DNA of 64,000 nucleotides from Candidatus Woesebacteria bacterium (GCA_013374855.1 CP055308.1:401833-465832); one strand, 5' to 3'; numbered from the stretch's first letter, positions 9,381 through 19,340 are shown. The notes: a model not told the origin generated them from the sequence alone. Program-made: numbers and translations.

Positions 9381-9980
9381 ATGGGAAGATATACTGGTCC
9401 TAAAGATAGATTATCAAGAAGAGAAGGTTTTGATATTTTTAATAAAGGTTCAAAACTAACTCGCCTTAATATACCTCCTGGTATGCATGGAGCGAAGATG
9501 CTTCTGGCTCATTCCAATTATGGTCGTCAGTTAAGAGAAAAACAAAAGGTTAAGAGAATTTATGGTATAAGGGAAGGTCAATTTAGAAGATATGTGGATT
9601 TTGCTCTAAAATCTAAAGGCAATACCTCAAATGTTCTATTCTCACTTCTTGAAAGAAGGCTTGATAATGTGGTTTATCGTCTCAATTTTGCTCCCACAAG
9701 GCCTGCAGCTCGTCAGCTGGTATCTCATAGGCATGTTTTGGTGAATGGGAAAAAGTTGAATATACCTTCTTATCAGGTTAAAATTGGAGATACTGTTTCT
9801 TTGTCCTCCAAGGCTATGGAGATTCCCTATTTGAAGGAGATTTTTGATGAAAAAAGTGCTAAAATACCCTCTTGGCTTGAGAGAAAGGGTGGAGTTGGTC
9901 TAGTGAAATCTCTACCCACATTGGAGGATGTAACAGAGCCAGTATCAGCTCAGGATATAATAGAATTTTATTCTAAATAA
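9381..9980 (+). CDS. rpsD: 30S ribosomal protein S4 (uS4)
   Basis: MGRYTGPKDRLSRREG N-terminus and S4 domain RLDNVVYRL. Confidence 0.95.
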   Translation: MGRYTGPKDRLSRREGFDIFNKGSKLTRLNIPPGMHGAKMLLAHSNYGRQLREKQKVKRIYGIREGQFRRYVDFALKSKGNTSNVLFSLLERRLDNVVYRLNFAPTRPAARQLVSHRHVLVNGKKLNIPSYQVKIGDTVSLSSKAMEIPYLKEIFDEKSAKIPSWLERKGGVGLVKSLPTLEDVTEPVSAQDIIEFYSK

Positions 9981-9999
9981 GGAAAAGGAGGTGATTTAG

Positions 10000-10923
10000 A
10001 TGAATCAACTTTTTGAAGTAAACGAGAATAAAATAGAAAAAAATCATAGTCAATTTGTTATTTCTCCTTTAGATCAGGGTTATGGTTATACGTTGGGAAA
10101 TTCCTTAAGGAGAGTCCTTTTGGGAAATATCGGAGGAGCTGCTATTACTTCCCTTGAAATAAAAGGTGTGAAGCACCAATTTTCAACAATCAAAGGCATG
10201 AGAGAGGATGTTATAGACTTTATTCTTAATTTGAAAAGGGTGAGGTTTTCGGTTAAAAAGTCCTTTGATAAGCCTCAAGAAGTAAAACTTGAGGTAAAAG
10301 GACCATCAGAAGTTAAAGCGGGTGATATTAAGGTTTCGCCACTTTTGGAAGTGGTTAATCCTGATATGGTGTTGGCTAACCTTGATAAAGATGGTCAGAT
10401 AAGTGCAAAGATGACAGTGGAATATGGTTTTGGTTATAGATTAGCTGATTCTCAAAGATCTGAACGTCTAGGTTTGATTTTTGTTGATGCTATATTTTCG
10501 CCGGTTGTTAGAGTGGCCACCAAAGTTGAAGAGACTCGTGTAGGAAGATTAACAGATTTTGATAAGCTTATTCTGGATATTTGGACCGATGGATCAAAAG
10601 ATCCAAAAGAGGTCTTAGTAGAAGCAGCTAAAGTTTTAATATCTCATTTTGAGCAGATAATATCCCCTAAAGTTGTTAAGAAAGAGGATAAAAAGGAAGT
10701 GAATAAAGATCCATTGGGTTTGGTGGGTAAATTATCAGTTGAAGAAATAAATCTTCCTACTAGAGTTGCGAATGCTTTAATCAAAGCAGGGTACGAAACA
10801 GTTGAGAGTTTGGCTAATGCCAAGAAGGAGGATTTGGCGAGAGTAAGAAATCTTGGTGAAAAATCTTTGAAGATAGTAAAATTGGCTTTGGCTGAAAAAG
10901 GAGTTTCTTTTCTGGAAGAATAA
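10000..10923 (+). CDS. rpoA: DNA-directed RNA polymerase subunit alpha
   Basis: 307 aa; N-terminal assembly domain (GYGYTLGNSLRRVLL) and C-terminal HhH domain (VEEINLPTRVANALIKAGYETV); preceded by AAGGAGG Shine-Dalgarno. Confidence 0.95.
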   Translation: MNQLFEVNENKIEKNHSQFVISPLDQGYGYTLGNSLRRVLLGNIGGAAITSLEIKGVKHQFSTIKGMREDVIDFILNLKRVRFSVKKSFDKPQEVKLEVKGPSEVKAGDIKVSPLLEVVNPDMVLANLDKDGQISAKMTVEYGFGYRLADSQRSERLGLIFVDAIFSPVVRVATKVEETRVGRLTDFDKLILDIWTDGSKDPKEVLVEAAKVLISHFEQIISPKVVKKEDKKEVNKDPLGLVGKLSVEEINLPTRVANALIKAGYETVESLANAKKEDLARVRNLGEKSLKIVKLALAEKGVSFLEE

Positions 10924-10926
10924 TTT

Positions 10927-11373
10927 ATGAAGAAGAAGGTAGTAGGAAGAAAGTTCTCCCGTTCTACCAAATCAAGGAGGGCTCTTTTTAGGGGTCTTTT
11001 TCTTGCCTTGGTAAAAGAGGGGAAGATAAAGACGACTTTAGCAAAAGCAAAGTCTCTTGCGTCGTGGGCTAACAAGATTTTTGGGATAGCCTTGGAGGAT
11101 AGTTTGGCAGCAAGAAGAAAAGTCTTGTCCAAGGTGTTAAATAAGAGATGGGTAATGGAGGATGTTTTTCGTTTGGTAAAGCTATCTGGTAGAAAATCTG
11201 GTTTTATTAGAGTTATTAGACTGCCATCTCGTAAGGGAGATAATGCTCCGATGGCTCAGGTTGAGATTTTAGACTGGCAAAAGAAAGAAGAACCCAAAAA
11301 AGAGAATATTGATAAAAATAAGAAAAAAGAGAAAGAAGAAGAGGCAAAAGTTAAGGGAGATAAAAGGAAATGA
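10927..11373 (+). CDS. rplQ: 50S ribosomal protein L17 (bL17) with Lys/Glu-rich C-terminal tail
   Basis: GRKFSRSTKSRRALFRGL... L17 core; tail EEPKKENIDKNKKKEKEEEAKVKGDKRK. Confidence 0.9.
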   Translation: MKKKVVGRKFSRSTKSRRALFRGLFLALVKEGKIKTTLAKAKSLASWANKIFGIALEDSLAARRKVLSKVLNKRWVMEDVFRLVKLSGRKSGFIRVIRLPSRKGDNAPMAQVEILDWQKKEEPKKENIDKNKKKEKEEEAKVKGDKRK

Positions 11374-11801
11374 TTGCGAAAACCTATCATATTAAAAGTA
11401 AAGAAATAGCAAGAAGATGGTATTTGGTTGATGCTAAGGACAAGGTATTGGGCAGACTAGCGTCAAGAGTGGCTACTATTTTGATGGGCAAGAATAAGTC
11501 TAATTATTCTCCCCATCTTGATGTGGGAGATTCGGTTGCGGTTTTTAATTGCGAGAAGATTGTTTTGACAGGCAAGAAAGCCAAGCAAAAGGTTTACAGA
11601 AGGCATTCTGGTTACCCAGGTGGTTTTAAGGAAGTTTCTTTCGAAAAAATGATAAAAGAAAACCCAGCTTTTGTAATCCGACATGCTGTTTCTGGTATGT
11701 TGCCTGATAATAGATTGAAACCAAAAAGATTAAAAAGGCTTAAAATTTTTGTTGGAGATAACAATCCTTTTATTGAAAAAGTTAGGTCTTTGAACAAGTA
11801 A
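11370..11801 (+). CDS. rplM: 50S ribosomal protein L13 (uL13)
   Basis: WYLVDAKDKVLGRLASRVATILMGK... L13 signature. Confidence 0.95.
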   Translation: MIAKTYHIKSKEIARRWYLVDAKDKVLGRLASRVATILMGKNKSNYSPHLDVGDSVAVFNCEKIVLTGKKAKQKVYRRHSGYPGGFKEVSFEKMIKENPAFVIRHAVSGMLPDNRLKPKRLKRLKIFVGDNNPFIEKVRSLNK

Positions 11802-11802
11802 T

Positions 11803-12216
11803 ATGGCAAAAAAGAAAAGACAAGAATACATATTTAGTGTTGGCAGAAGGAAAACCGCTACTTGTCGTATGCGACTTTTCGAGGGCAAGGGTGAAAGTTT
11901 GGTGAATGGTATGCTGGTGTTTGATTATTTTCCGGGGAAAATATTTAAAGCAAAAATAGAAAAGTATTACAAGCTAGTTGGCAATATCTTTGACTCTAAA
12001 TACCATTTTTCTGCTAAAGTAGAAGGTGGTGGAAAGTCAGGTCAACTTGATGCCTTATTTCATGGTTTGTCTCGTGCTTTGATTCAAGCAGAGACTGATT
12101 TAAAATCGAAGCTCAAAAAGGAAGGTTTTTTGACTCGTGACGCAAGAATAAGAGAGAGGAGGAAAGTGGGAACGGGAGGGAAAGCAAGACGCAAGAAACA
12201 ATCTCCTAAAAGATAA
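11803..12216 (+). CDS. rpsI: 30S ribosomal protein S9 (uS9)
   Basis: C-terminal ...RKKQSPKR and GGGKSGQLDA core typical of S9. Confidence 0.93.
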   Translation: MAKKKRQEYIFSVGRRKTATCRMRLFEGKGESLVNGMLVFDYFPGKIFKAKIEKYYKLVGNIFDSKYHFSAKVEGGGKSGQLDALFHGLSRALIQAETDLKSKLKKEGFLTRDARIRERRKVGTGGKARRKKQSPKR

Positions 12217-12217
12217 T

Positions 12218-12547
12218 TTATCTGTTATCACCACTGCCTTGTATTTTTCCCCTTTTTTGTCTGGAGAAAAGTTTCTTAAGATTTTCTTTGGCAATTCCTT
12301 CAAGCGATAGGCCGAGCTCGGTTGCAAGTTGGGCTATATACCACAAAACATCTCCCAGTTCTTTTCCTATTTCTTTGGCTGTTTCTTTATCAACTTTTCC
12401 ATTTTTGTCTCGAATTATCTTTTTAATTTTATCTGCCACCTCCCCTGCTTCTCCCGCAAGGCCAAGAGTGGGATATACAAAATTTTTTCCCTGATTGGGG
12501 TACAGGGCAGTTTTTCTTGATTCTTTTTGATAGTCTTTAAATTTCAT
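12218..12547 (-). CDS. MazG-like nucleoside triphosphate pyrophosphohydrolase (small all-alpha NTP-PPase)
   Basis: 109 aa; LGLAGEAGEVADK ... ELGDVLWYIAQLA matches the MazG/HisE-type EExxE/D metal-binding helix pair; convergent with rpsI. Confidence 0.75.
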   Translation of the reverse strand: MKFKDYQKESRKTALYPNQGKNFVYPTLGLAGEAGEVADKIKKIIRDKNGKVDKETAKEIGKELGDVLWYIAQLATELGLSLEGIAKENLKKLFSRQKRGKIQGSGDNR

Positions 12548-12804
12548 TGTTAGATTTGTTTTGGAATGTGTTTTAATTAGGTTTTTGGCGATTTCTTATT
12601 TTAATTAACTATAATTGCTGAGTAAAGTGTTGTCTTATATTGAGATTTATTCTGGTAGTCAGAGAAGTTCCTTTACTTAACCTTCTTATCCGGGATGTTG
12701 CAAAACTGAGTGTTTTCTTATCTCATCTGTGGTTTTTGAAGTTGTTAGATTGATTCAACTATCTCTATGTCCATTTTGACATTTTTCTTGGCTTATTTTA
12801 TAGT

Positions 12805-14642
12805 ATGAGTATTTATATGAATAGTAAAAATGATAATAGTTTACAGGATGATTTTGCTTCTCCTTTAGATAGGTCATTTTCAGATGTTCAACAAAATCAG
12901 ACTTCTTTAAGTACTGATATTCAAAAGAATCATTCTAAAAGAATGCCAATAGTTGTTGCTTTGTGTGTGTTGTTTTTAGTTTTTCTCTGCGTGACTGTGT
13001 TTTTTGTTTATCAACATGTGAAGCAAAAAAAAATAGAATTGGCAATATCAATAATGGGCAATTTGTTGACTCTTCAACACAATCAGAATTGTTTGGAACA
13101 ATTCCCAATGACACAACTATCCAATTTGGGGATGTTGAGTGGCTGCCGGAACCACAAAAAGTCCTGAGTGTTGGTTTTTTCGGTCTTATTGATCAGTATT
13201 ATCCTTATATTCTCAAGTACTGTAAAAGCGAAACTGATTGTGTCGAAGATAGTAAGTTAAGTGAATTGAATGATAAGTACGAGCCCAAGGCAACCTACTA
13301 CAAAGTGGGAATAATGAAATCCCAACCATATAGTGGCTCTCCGGTTTATCTGGGAATAGTAAAAAACTTGCCTCAAGGACATGTTTACAAGGGCTATCCA
13401 ACAGAGAAAGATATTGCTTATGATTATGAAATAATCTCTCTTTTTATTAAAACTTCAGACAATAAATTCATTATGACAAACGATTATCAAAATTATTCTA
13501 TTCTCTGTCGTAGCTATTGTAATTTTTGTCGTAGCTATTGCGAGCCTAATCAATTACCTCCAAGCAATGAGGCAGCTGGGATCATTTATAGACATGATTT
13601 GTCATTGGATAAACTATCATTGAGCAAAGCAAATTTACCAGATGGGTATACCGATCCCGAAACGGGAGTAGAGTTTTCAATCGATATAACTAGCCACTTC
13701 TTTGTTAATTCTGGTTTATTTCTGGTAAAGGACTTTGGGAAAGGGTATGCTCTTTATTCCAATCAAGACATAAAAAGCAACCTTATTAGTCTTAAATCAG
13801 TTATAAATCCAACTTTTGTTATTAAATTGCCCACGGGATTGGCAGCTGGTGCCTATCTAGATGGAGAAAGACGTCTGATCTACAAAAAGGGTGTAAGACC
13901 GTATTCTTCAGACGACTCCCAACTTGTCTGGACAGCCTCCGAGAAGCCTCAATTATTGCCAAAAGAACCATCTGACAAAGGTATAACAACTGACTATACA
14001 GAAATTGCCTATACTACCTATTATGATGGTTGTAGAGGTAATATGGCACTTGATAATATAGTTTCAAACGGTGAATTCTTGGATGTAAACAATAATTTGA
14101 TCAAAGTTGCTACCACCGATAGGGGTGATACAATCTACGATTTAAAGAATAAAGATTTTAGGATTTTCGAAAGTTTTTTGTTCTCAAGAGGGCATCTATT
14201 CCTTGGTTATGATCTTACCTATAGTGATTATCTTGCTCTCAAACCCATACTTATTTGGAAAAACAGATTAGGTGTCTATCGTATGATATTCAGAGAGGAC
14301 TTGGTTAGTTCAAAATGTTGGGCTGGACCACTTATTTACTTATATCCAGAGAAGCCTACAACTGTGAGGGTGAATTTGAGTAAAGTAATTAATTTGACAA
14401 AGTCGGAACCAACTTATGATGACGGATGGAACTTAATTGCTTATCCAAATGGTGATATTTATTTACCTAAGGAACAAAGAAAATACTCTTATTTATTTTG
14501 GGAAGGTAGTGCGCCTGTCCCTTTGTTGCCTGTAGCACAGGAAGTAGTCAAAAAAACAGAAATTCACGATTACTTTGAGAGGACCTTGACAAAATTAGGA
14601 CTAGACGATAGAGAGAAACAAGACTTTAAAAAGTATTGGTAA
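12805..14642 (+). CDS. large membrane-anchored extracytoplasmic protein of unknown function, reading frame interrupted (A9-tract frameshift near 13025-13033; in-frame TAA at 14640 followed by 82 open codons to 14888); possible pseudogene or slippage-dependent gene
   Basis: Frame-1 ORF 12805..13167 encodes a cytoplasmic N-terminus plus one TM helix (PIVVALCVLFLVFLCVTVFFVY); frame-0 ORF 12963..14642 encodes a 536-aa hydrophilic domain; the two frames join if the A9 run is read as A10. Confidence 0.55.
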
Positions 14643-15268
14643 CCTAGACTTGATGATGGTCCTTACTACTTAATTTCTTTTTACGACACAAGTGAGCTAA
14701 ATCGGCTCGTTCCTTTGAATATAGAACCTAAACCAGATACTGTTATTCGCATTTTAATGACTTACCACAGATTAGACAAAGATGATGGAGAGTTTCCTCC
14801 GATAAGACTTGATAATTATCAAACTCCAAGCAGAAGGGGTTTTGTAGTAGTTGAATGGGGTGGAATTCTTCGTGGTTTAGATTACTGAAATGAATTTGGT
14901 ATCCCCCTATTGCTTGCGTGTGTTTTTTTGTGTTTGTGGTATTAAAATAATGATTAAAGTGATAATTTCTCCTTTTTAGCTCAATAGATTCTTGATCTTT
15001 TTTATGAATTGAAGGATTTCTTAGTAATAAAAGTTAAAAAAGTGGTATAAAGTTGGTAAATTTCTAATCATCGGCACAAGTATAGGAAAAAGTGCTATCT
15101 GTCACAAGATATATCCAAAGTTAGACTTCTAGATTGATTAACCCTATTTTTCATGGTATTTTTAAGAATTGAATTGGTTGAAATTATCTTTGTCTCATAA
15201 CAAAGCTGGTAGGAAAATTGTGTGTGATTTGGGTGTTGTTGTTGATAAAATGTAGTTGATTAAAGATT

Positions 15269-17542
15269 ATGAAAAATATCGAATCACCCGACAAAATGCA
15301 TCTTGGCAGACTTTTAGATGAATTGAGGTATGGCAAGTTTGTTATACCGGATTTTCAGCGTGAGTTTGAGTGGTCGCCATGGGATGTTAAAGAACTATTG
15401 CGTTCCATTTTTGAGGATTACTATATTGGTACGATGCTATTTTGGAGGGCAAGTAGAGAAAATCAGAATCTTTTAAGATGTGAGCCAATTTATGGCTTTG
15501 AGGGAAAATGTGAACCTCAACATATTGTGCTTGATGGCCAGCAAAGATTAAGTGCATTGTATTATGCGTTTTTTGCTCCGAGGGTAAAATTTCCAAATAG
15601 GAAAAATAGGTATATATTTATTGTTAAGTTAGATAAATTTCTTAATGAAGAATTTGATGATGCTTTTGATTACGAATGGCTTACTTCAAGAACAGAGAGT
15701 TTTCTGAATCAACGTGATAAACAATTTAGGGAGAAGATATTACCCATTTCTGTTTTGGGAGATCAATATTGGTACGATTGGTTTCGGGATTACAGAGACT
15801 ACTGGGTTGGTAAAGTTGGCGAAGAGGAAGCGGATAATGAGTGTGATAAGTTGGAGCGTTTTTTCAGGGATCTTCTTGTTAGTTATGATATAAGTTACAT
15901 TGAACTTGATAGGGATATTGAAGTGTCAAAAGTTTGTGATATCTTTACACGCTTAAACAGTACAGGTCTCACACTTACTATTTTTGATCTTCTCAATGCA
16001 TTGATGAGACCTAAGGGTATCTATCTAAAGGAAATGTGGCGGCAGGTTTCTAGTGATCTGAAAGAATTAGAATGGCAAAGGACGAAGGTGTATCTTCTTC
16101 AAGCAATTTCTATTCTTGAGCAAGGTTATTGTTCACCTAAGTATCTTTATTATCTTGTGCCGGGAACTAAGAAAGTAATAAAAAACTCGGATGGTTCCAA
16201 AGATTCAATTGTTATATTTTCCTCGCGTGACGAGTTTCTTGAGAAATGGAATTTTTTGGTTGAAAAAATGAGAATGACATTAGACGCTCTTCTTAATCCT
16301 CGAGACCTAGGTGCTATACGACCGGATTTTGTTCCTTATCCAACAATGCTACCAATACTTACTGCTTTGAATGTGATAAAAGAACAAGATAAGTATACTG
16401 ATAAGAGGATAGAAATAGAGGCAAAGATTAGAAGATGGTATTGGGCTTCTGTTTTTACACAAAATTATTCAAGTGCAGTAGATTCTACAATGACACATGA
16501 CTATTACTCTATGCAAAGGTGGTTTGAAGATGATGCTGAAATTCCGCAAGTTGTTGAAAAATTTGAAAGCAATATAGAAAATCTTGACTTACAAAAAGAA
16601 AGCATGTCAGGTTCAGCTTTGTATAAAGCAGTGTTTAACATTCTTGTTAGAAAAGGCGCTCGTGATTTTATAACCTTCGAATTGCCTGAATATTCTCTCC
16701 TTGAAGACCATCATATTGTACCACGTTCTTGGGGACTAAGAGAAGGACTTGATAAGAGGATTGACACAATTCTCAATAGAACACCTTTGTCAGAAAGGAC
16801 AAACCGTCAGTTAATAGCAGACCGTCTGCCGAATGTGTATTTGAAGGAAATGTTTAAAAGAGCGAAAAATAAAGATGATGTGTATCAACTTCTAGAAAGC
16901 CATTTAATTTCAAAAAAGGCAACAGATATATTGATGAGGGATAATTTTTCTCTGGAAGATTTTAAGGAGTTTATTGAAGAGCGTCAAAAGACAATTATTC
17001 AGGAAATAAAATCTTTATTAGCGATTGGGGGAGATACGGTATTTTCAGGTCTAATTACGCCACAGACTCCTTTTTCCAACATATCTCAGATGGAAAAAAC
17101 AATTCAGAAATGTGATGAATATCTATATTGGATAGATAAATATTTTGGTAAGTCTGGTCTTGAAATCCTAGCGTCTGCATTATCTTCTAATCAAGTAATA
17201 AATATCAGTGAGGTGAAGATACTCACTTCATTAGAAAAAGTAGATGATAAACTAAGAGAAGATTTTAAGCGTTTTAAGGAAGAGCTAAAAAACAGAGGAA
17301 TTAGTGCAGAGATGAGAGTACTTGTTCAAAAAGATGTTGCTGCTTCTATACATGACCGTTGGATTATTAGTAAATATAAGTCATTTAATATTCCTTCCCC
17401 GGATGTGATTAAAAGAGGTCAGTATAGTGAGATAAAAGAAACGGACGCAAGACTACCATTCGATGAATTAATGGAATCGAGTTTGGATATAATTCACGAC
17501 TGGCCGAAAATAAGTGAATTAATTAGGAAGAACAACAAATAA
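15269..17542 (+). CDS. DUF262 (ParB/Srx-like, DGQQR motif) plus DUF1524 (His-Me/HNH-like) protein, GmrSD/BrxU/SspE-family type IV restriction-like nuclease, with an extra unassigned C-terminal domain of about 230 aa
   Basis: N-terminal DFQREFEW...HIVLDGQQRLSALYYAF (DUF262 hallmark); later LEDHHIVPRSWG...LNRTPLSERTN (DUF1524 HxxP/N motif); C-terminal 230 aa (…RVLVQKDVAASIHDRWIISKY…) has no family I can name. Confidence 0.75.
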   Translation: MKNIESPDKMHLGRLLDELRYGKFVIPDFQREFEWSPWDVKELLRSIFEDYYIGTMLFWRASRENQNLLRCEPIYGFEGKCEPQHIVLDGQQRLSALYYAFFAPRVKFPNRKNRYIFIVKLDKFLNEEFDDAFDYEWLTSRTESFLNQRDKQFREKILPISVLGDQYWYDWFRDYRDYWVGKVGEEEADNECDKLERFFRDLLVSYDISYIELDRDIEVSKVCDIFTRLNSTGLTLTIFDLLNALMRPKGIYLKEMWRQVSSDLKELEWQRTKVYLLQAISILEQGYCSPKYLYYLVPGTKKVIKNSDGSKDSIVIFSSRDEFLEKWNFLVEKMRMTLDALLNPRDLGAIRPDFVPYPTMLPILTALNVIKEQDKYTDKRIEIEAKIRRWYWASVFTQNYSSAVDSTMTHDYYSMQRWFEDDAEIPQVVEKFESNIENLDLQKESMSGSALYKAVFNILVRKGARDFITFELPEYSLLEDHHIVPRSWGLREGLDKRIDTILNRTPLSERTNRQLIADRLPNVYLKEMFKRAKNKDDVYQLLESHLISKKATDILMRDNFSLEDFKEFIEERQKTIIQEIKSLLAIGGDTVFSGLITPQTPFSNISQMEKTIQKCDEYLYWIDKYFGKSGLEILASALSSNQVINISEVKILTSLEKVDDKLREDFKRFKEELKNRGISAEMRVLVQKDVAASIHDRWIISKYKSFNIPSPDVIKRGQYSEIKETDARLPFDELMESSLDIIHDWPKISELIRKNNK

Positions 17543-17736
17543 TCAAAACAAGTTTAGTTGATAAGATAGAGATGATCTCATATGGAAAATGGAAAGAAAT
17601 TAGAGCATATAAGATTATTCTTTTGGGTGGTTGCGTTGGTTAATTTTCCTTGTTTTTGGTTTGTCTGATATTGTAGATTTTTAGATGGTTTGTTTGCTTA
17701 TAGGATTTGAAGTATTTAGATTTTTTGCAATTGCTG

Positions 17737-17764
17737 GGCGAAGCCCGAACCTTTTTTTTGACGA
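17737..17764 (+). terminator. possible weak intrinsic terminator downstream of the DUF262/DUF1524 gene
   Basis: gctgggcgaagcccgaacc followed by T8 run; stem is only 4-5 bp. Confidence 0.25.
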
Positions 17765-17846
17765 AGTCCCAGCTGATGCCACGCTAAGCACGGCAGAAAC
17801 TGATTGTTTATGTGAATAATCCAAAAATGAGAGTGAGAGTCTGAAT

Positions 17847-17895
17847 TGGTCGGGGTGGGCGGAATTGAAGCGCCGCCCCATCCTCGTTTTCGTTG
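17847..17895 (-). repeat. degenerate 3' copy of tRNA-Pro (anticodon-loop-like segment, T-arm, acceptor 3' strand, encoded CCA); att-like direct repeat of the tRNA at 19631-19701
   Basis: Reverse complement reads ...gaggatggggcggcgcttcaattccgcccaccccgACCA; 28-nt core tcggggtgggcggaattgaa[g/c]cgccgcc is shared with the intact tRNA-Pro; no 5' acceptor strand is present. Confidence 0.6.
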
Positions 17896-18002
17896 CCGAA
17901 TTTCTTGCCAACAAAGTTGGTGCGTCGCAGATATTGCTAAATCTCAGCTTTTATGCTAGTATCTTTTATACTATAATAAAATTAGCCTTTAATTAAAATT
18001 CT

Positions 18003-19340
18003 ATGAAACAAGATTTAGACCAAAACTCAGTGCCTATTCAGCCCGAGTCGCCAAAAAAATTTCCAACTTGGGCGATAGTTTTAATTTCCGTTTTGGCAAC
18101 AGGCGTTATAGTCGCTTCCGGAACATATTATTTTTTGACGCACGACAAAACCGCAGTTAATAACGAGCTGTCAGTTACTAATCAGCCGACAAATCCAATA
18201 TCGACCACAAGCCAAAACGGACATCAGGTTAGTGAGGGTTTTGTTTACAAAAAGTCACTTACAGGTTTGATACAAGATCCAGTGGATATTATTGTTTCTA
18301 ATTTTGACGGCTCATCAAAATCGAAAATTCAAACAGTATTAGATAGCTTTTACCTTCATGCAACAGGTTGTTATAATAACGATATATCTCAAAATGGACG
18401 AATTGTTTATTCAACACGTTTTGACACTGAATATCCTGCCCCTAACAGTATTTGGATAAGCGACAATGGCTCTCAGCCAAAAAATATTTTAACTTTGCCT
18501 AAAGGTGATTCTTCTATAACTATTGGAACTATTGAATGCCCAAAAATATCTCCAGACGGAGAGAAAATTGCCTATTCTCTGTATTTTGGGGGGAGCCGCT
18601 CAGCACAGTTGTGGACAATGAATGCTGATGGAACGGATAACAAAATGGTTATAGATGATACGGGGATATATATTGTTGAAGAAGGTCCTTTTAGGTTGGT
18701 TCCTTTGGCTTGGTCAAAAGATAAAACTAAAGTTTACATGGTTACTACCACCGATAGCGAGGCTACTCCTACAGGAATGTATATTGCAGACCTTGCAACC
18801 GCCAAAATACAGAAAGCTAAAACACCCAATGTCACTCTATGGCATGCGTCACTTTCCCCTGATAGAAAGAAAGTTGTTTATACAACTTTTGAGTGGAAAT
18901 ATGTGCCTGATAGTAGTATTCCCGAACCAGGACCGCCGTATTCAATCAGCGTTACCGATTTAGAGACAGGCGCAACAGAGAAAATTTTAGAAAGCCAAGT
19001 CGACGGCTATTATGCTCCGGTTTGGTCTCCCGACGGTAAAAAAATCATGTATACAACAAGTAAAAAGGAAGATTATATTGGGGGTGGTATATCAATATCT
19101 GTTGTTGATGTTAATACCAAAAAAAGCAATGTCATTGTTACAAGAACAAGGGATAATAGCAGGGTGAAGTCATGGGCTTGGCTTTCTAATGACAGGGTAA
19201 TTTATACTGAGGAAAGTTATACTACAGGGGAAGTGGAAAACAAAGTAGAAACTTATCTATTTACTATTAAAGTTGACGGAACTGATAAACAAATTGTAGA
19301 TTTGGCAAAAGATATAGTAGTTTTTGGTTCGTTAAGATAA
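18003..19340 (+). CDS. membrane-anchored PD40/TolB-like beta-propeller repeat protein
   Basis: N-terminal TM (FPTWAIVLISVLATGVIVASG), then repeated ISPDGEKIAY / LSPDRKKVVYT / WSPDGKKIMYT PD40-type repeats. Confidence 0.6.
   Translation: MKQDLDQNSVPIQPESPKKFPTWAIVLISVLATGVIVASGTYYFLTHDKTAVNNELSVTNQPTNPISTTSQNGHQVSEGFVYKKSLTGLIQDPVDIIVSNFDGSSKSKIQTVLDSFYLHATGCYNNDISQNGRIVYSTRFDTEYPAPNSIWISDNGSQPKNILTLPKGDSSITIGTIECPKISPDGEKIAYSLYFGGSRSAQLWTMNADGTDNKMVIDDTGIYIVEEGPFRLVPLAWSKDKTKVYMVTTTDSEATPTGMYIADLATAKIQKAKTPNVTLWHASLSPDRKKVVYTTFEWKYVPDSSIPEPGPPYSISVTDLETGATEKILESQVDGYYAPVWSPDGKKIMYTTSKKEDYIGGGISISVVDVNTKKSNVIVTRTRDNSRVKSWAWLSNDRVIYTEESYTTGEVENKVETYLFTIKVDGTDKQIVDLAKDIVVFGSLR

Noticed and set aside
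159-12216. Numerous minus-strand or alternate-frame ORFs of 60-170 aa inside the ribosomal cluster (e.g. 159-416, 788-1003, 1872-2222, 4516-5040, 10644-11132)
   Set aside because: They overlap well-supported ribosomal genes antisense or out of frame, with low-complexity translations; they are artefacts of open frames in AT-rich DNA
12288-12520. Plus-strand ORFs antisense to the MazG-like gene
   Set aside because: Antisense to a well-conserved motif-bearing CDS; low-complexity translation
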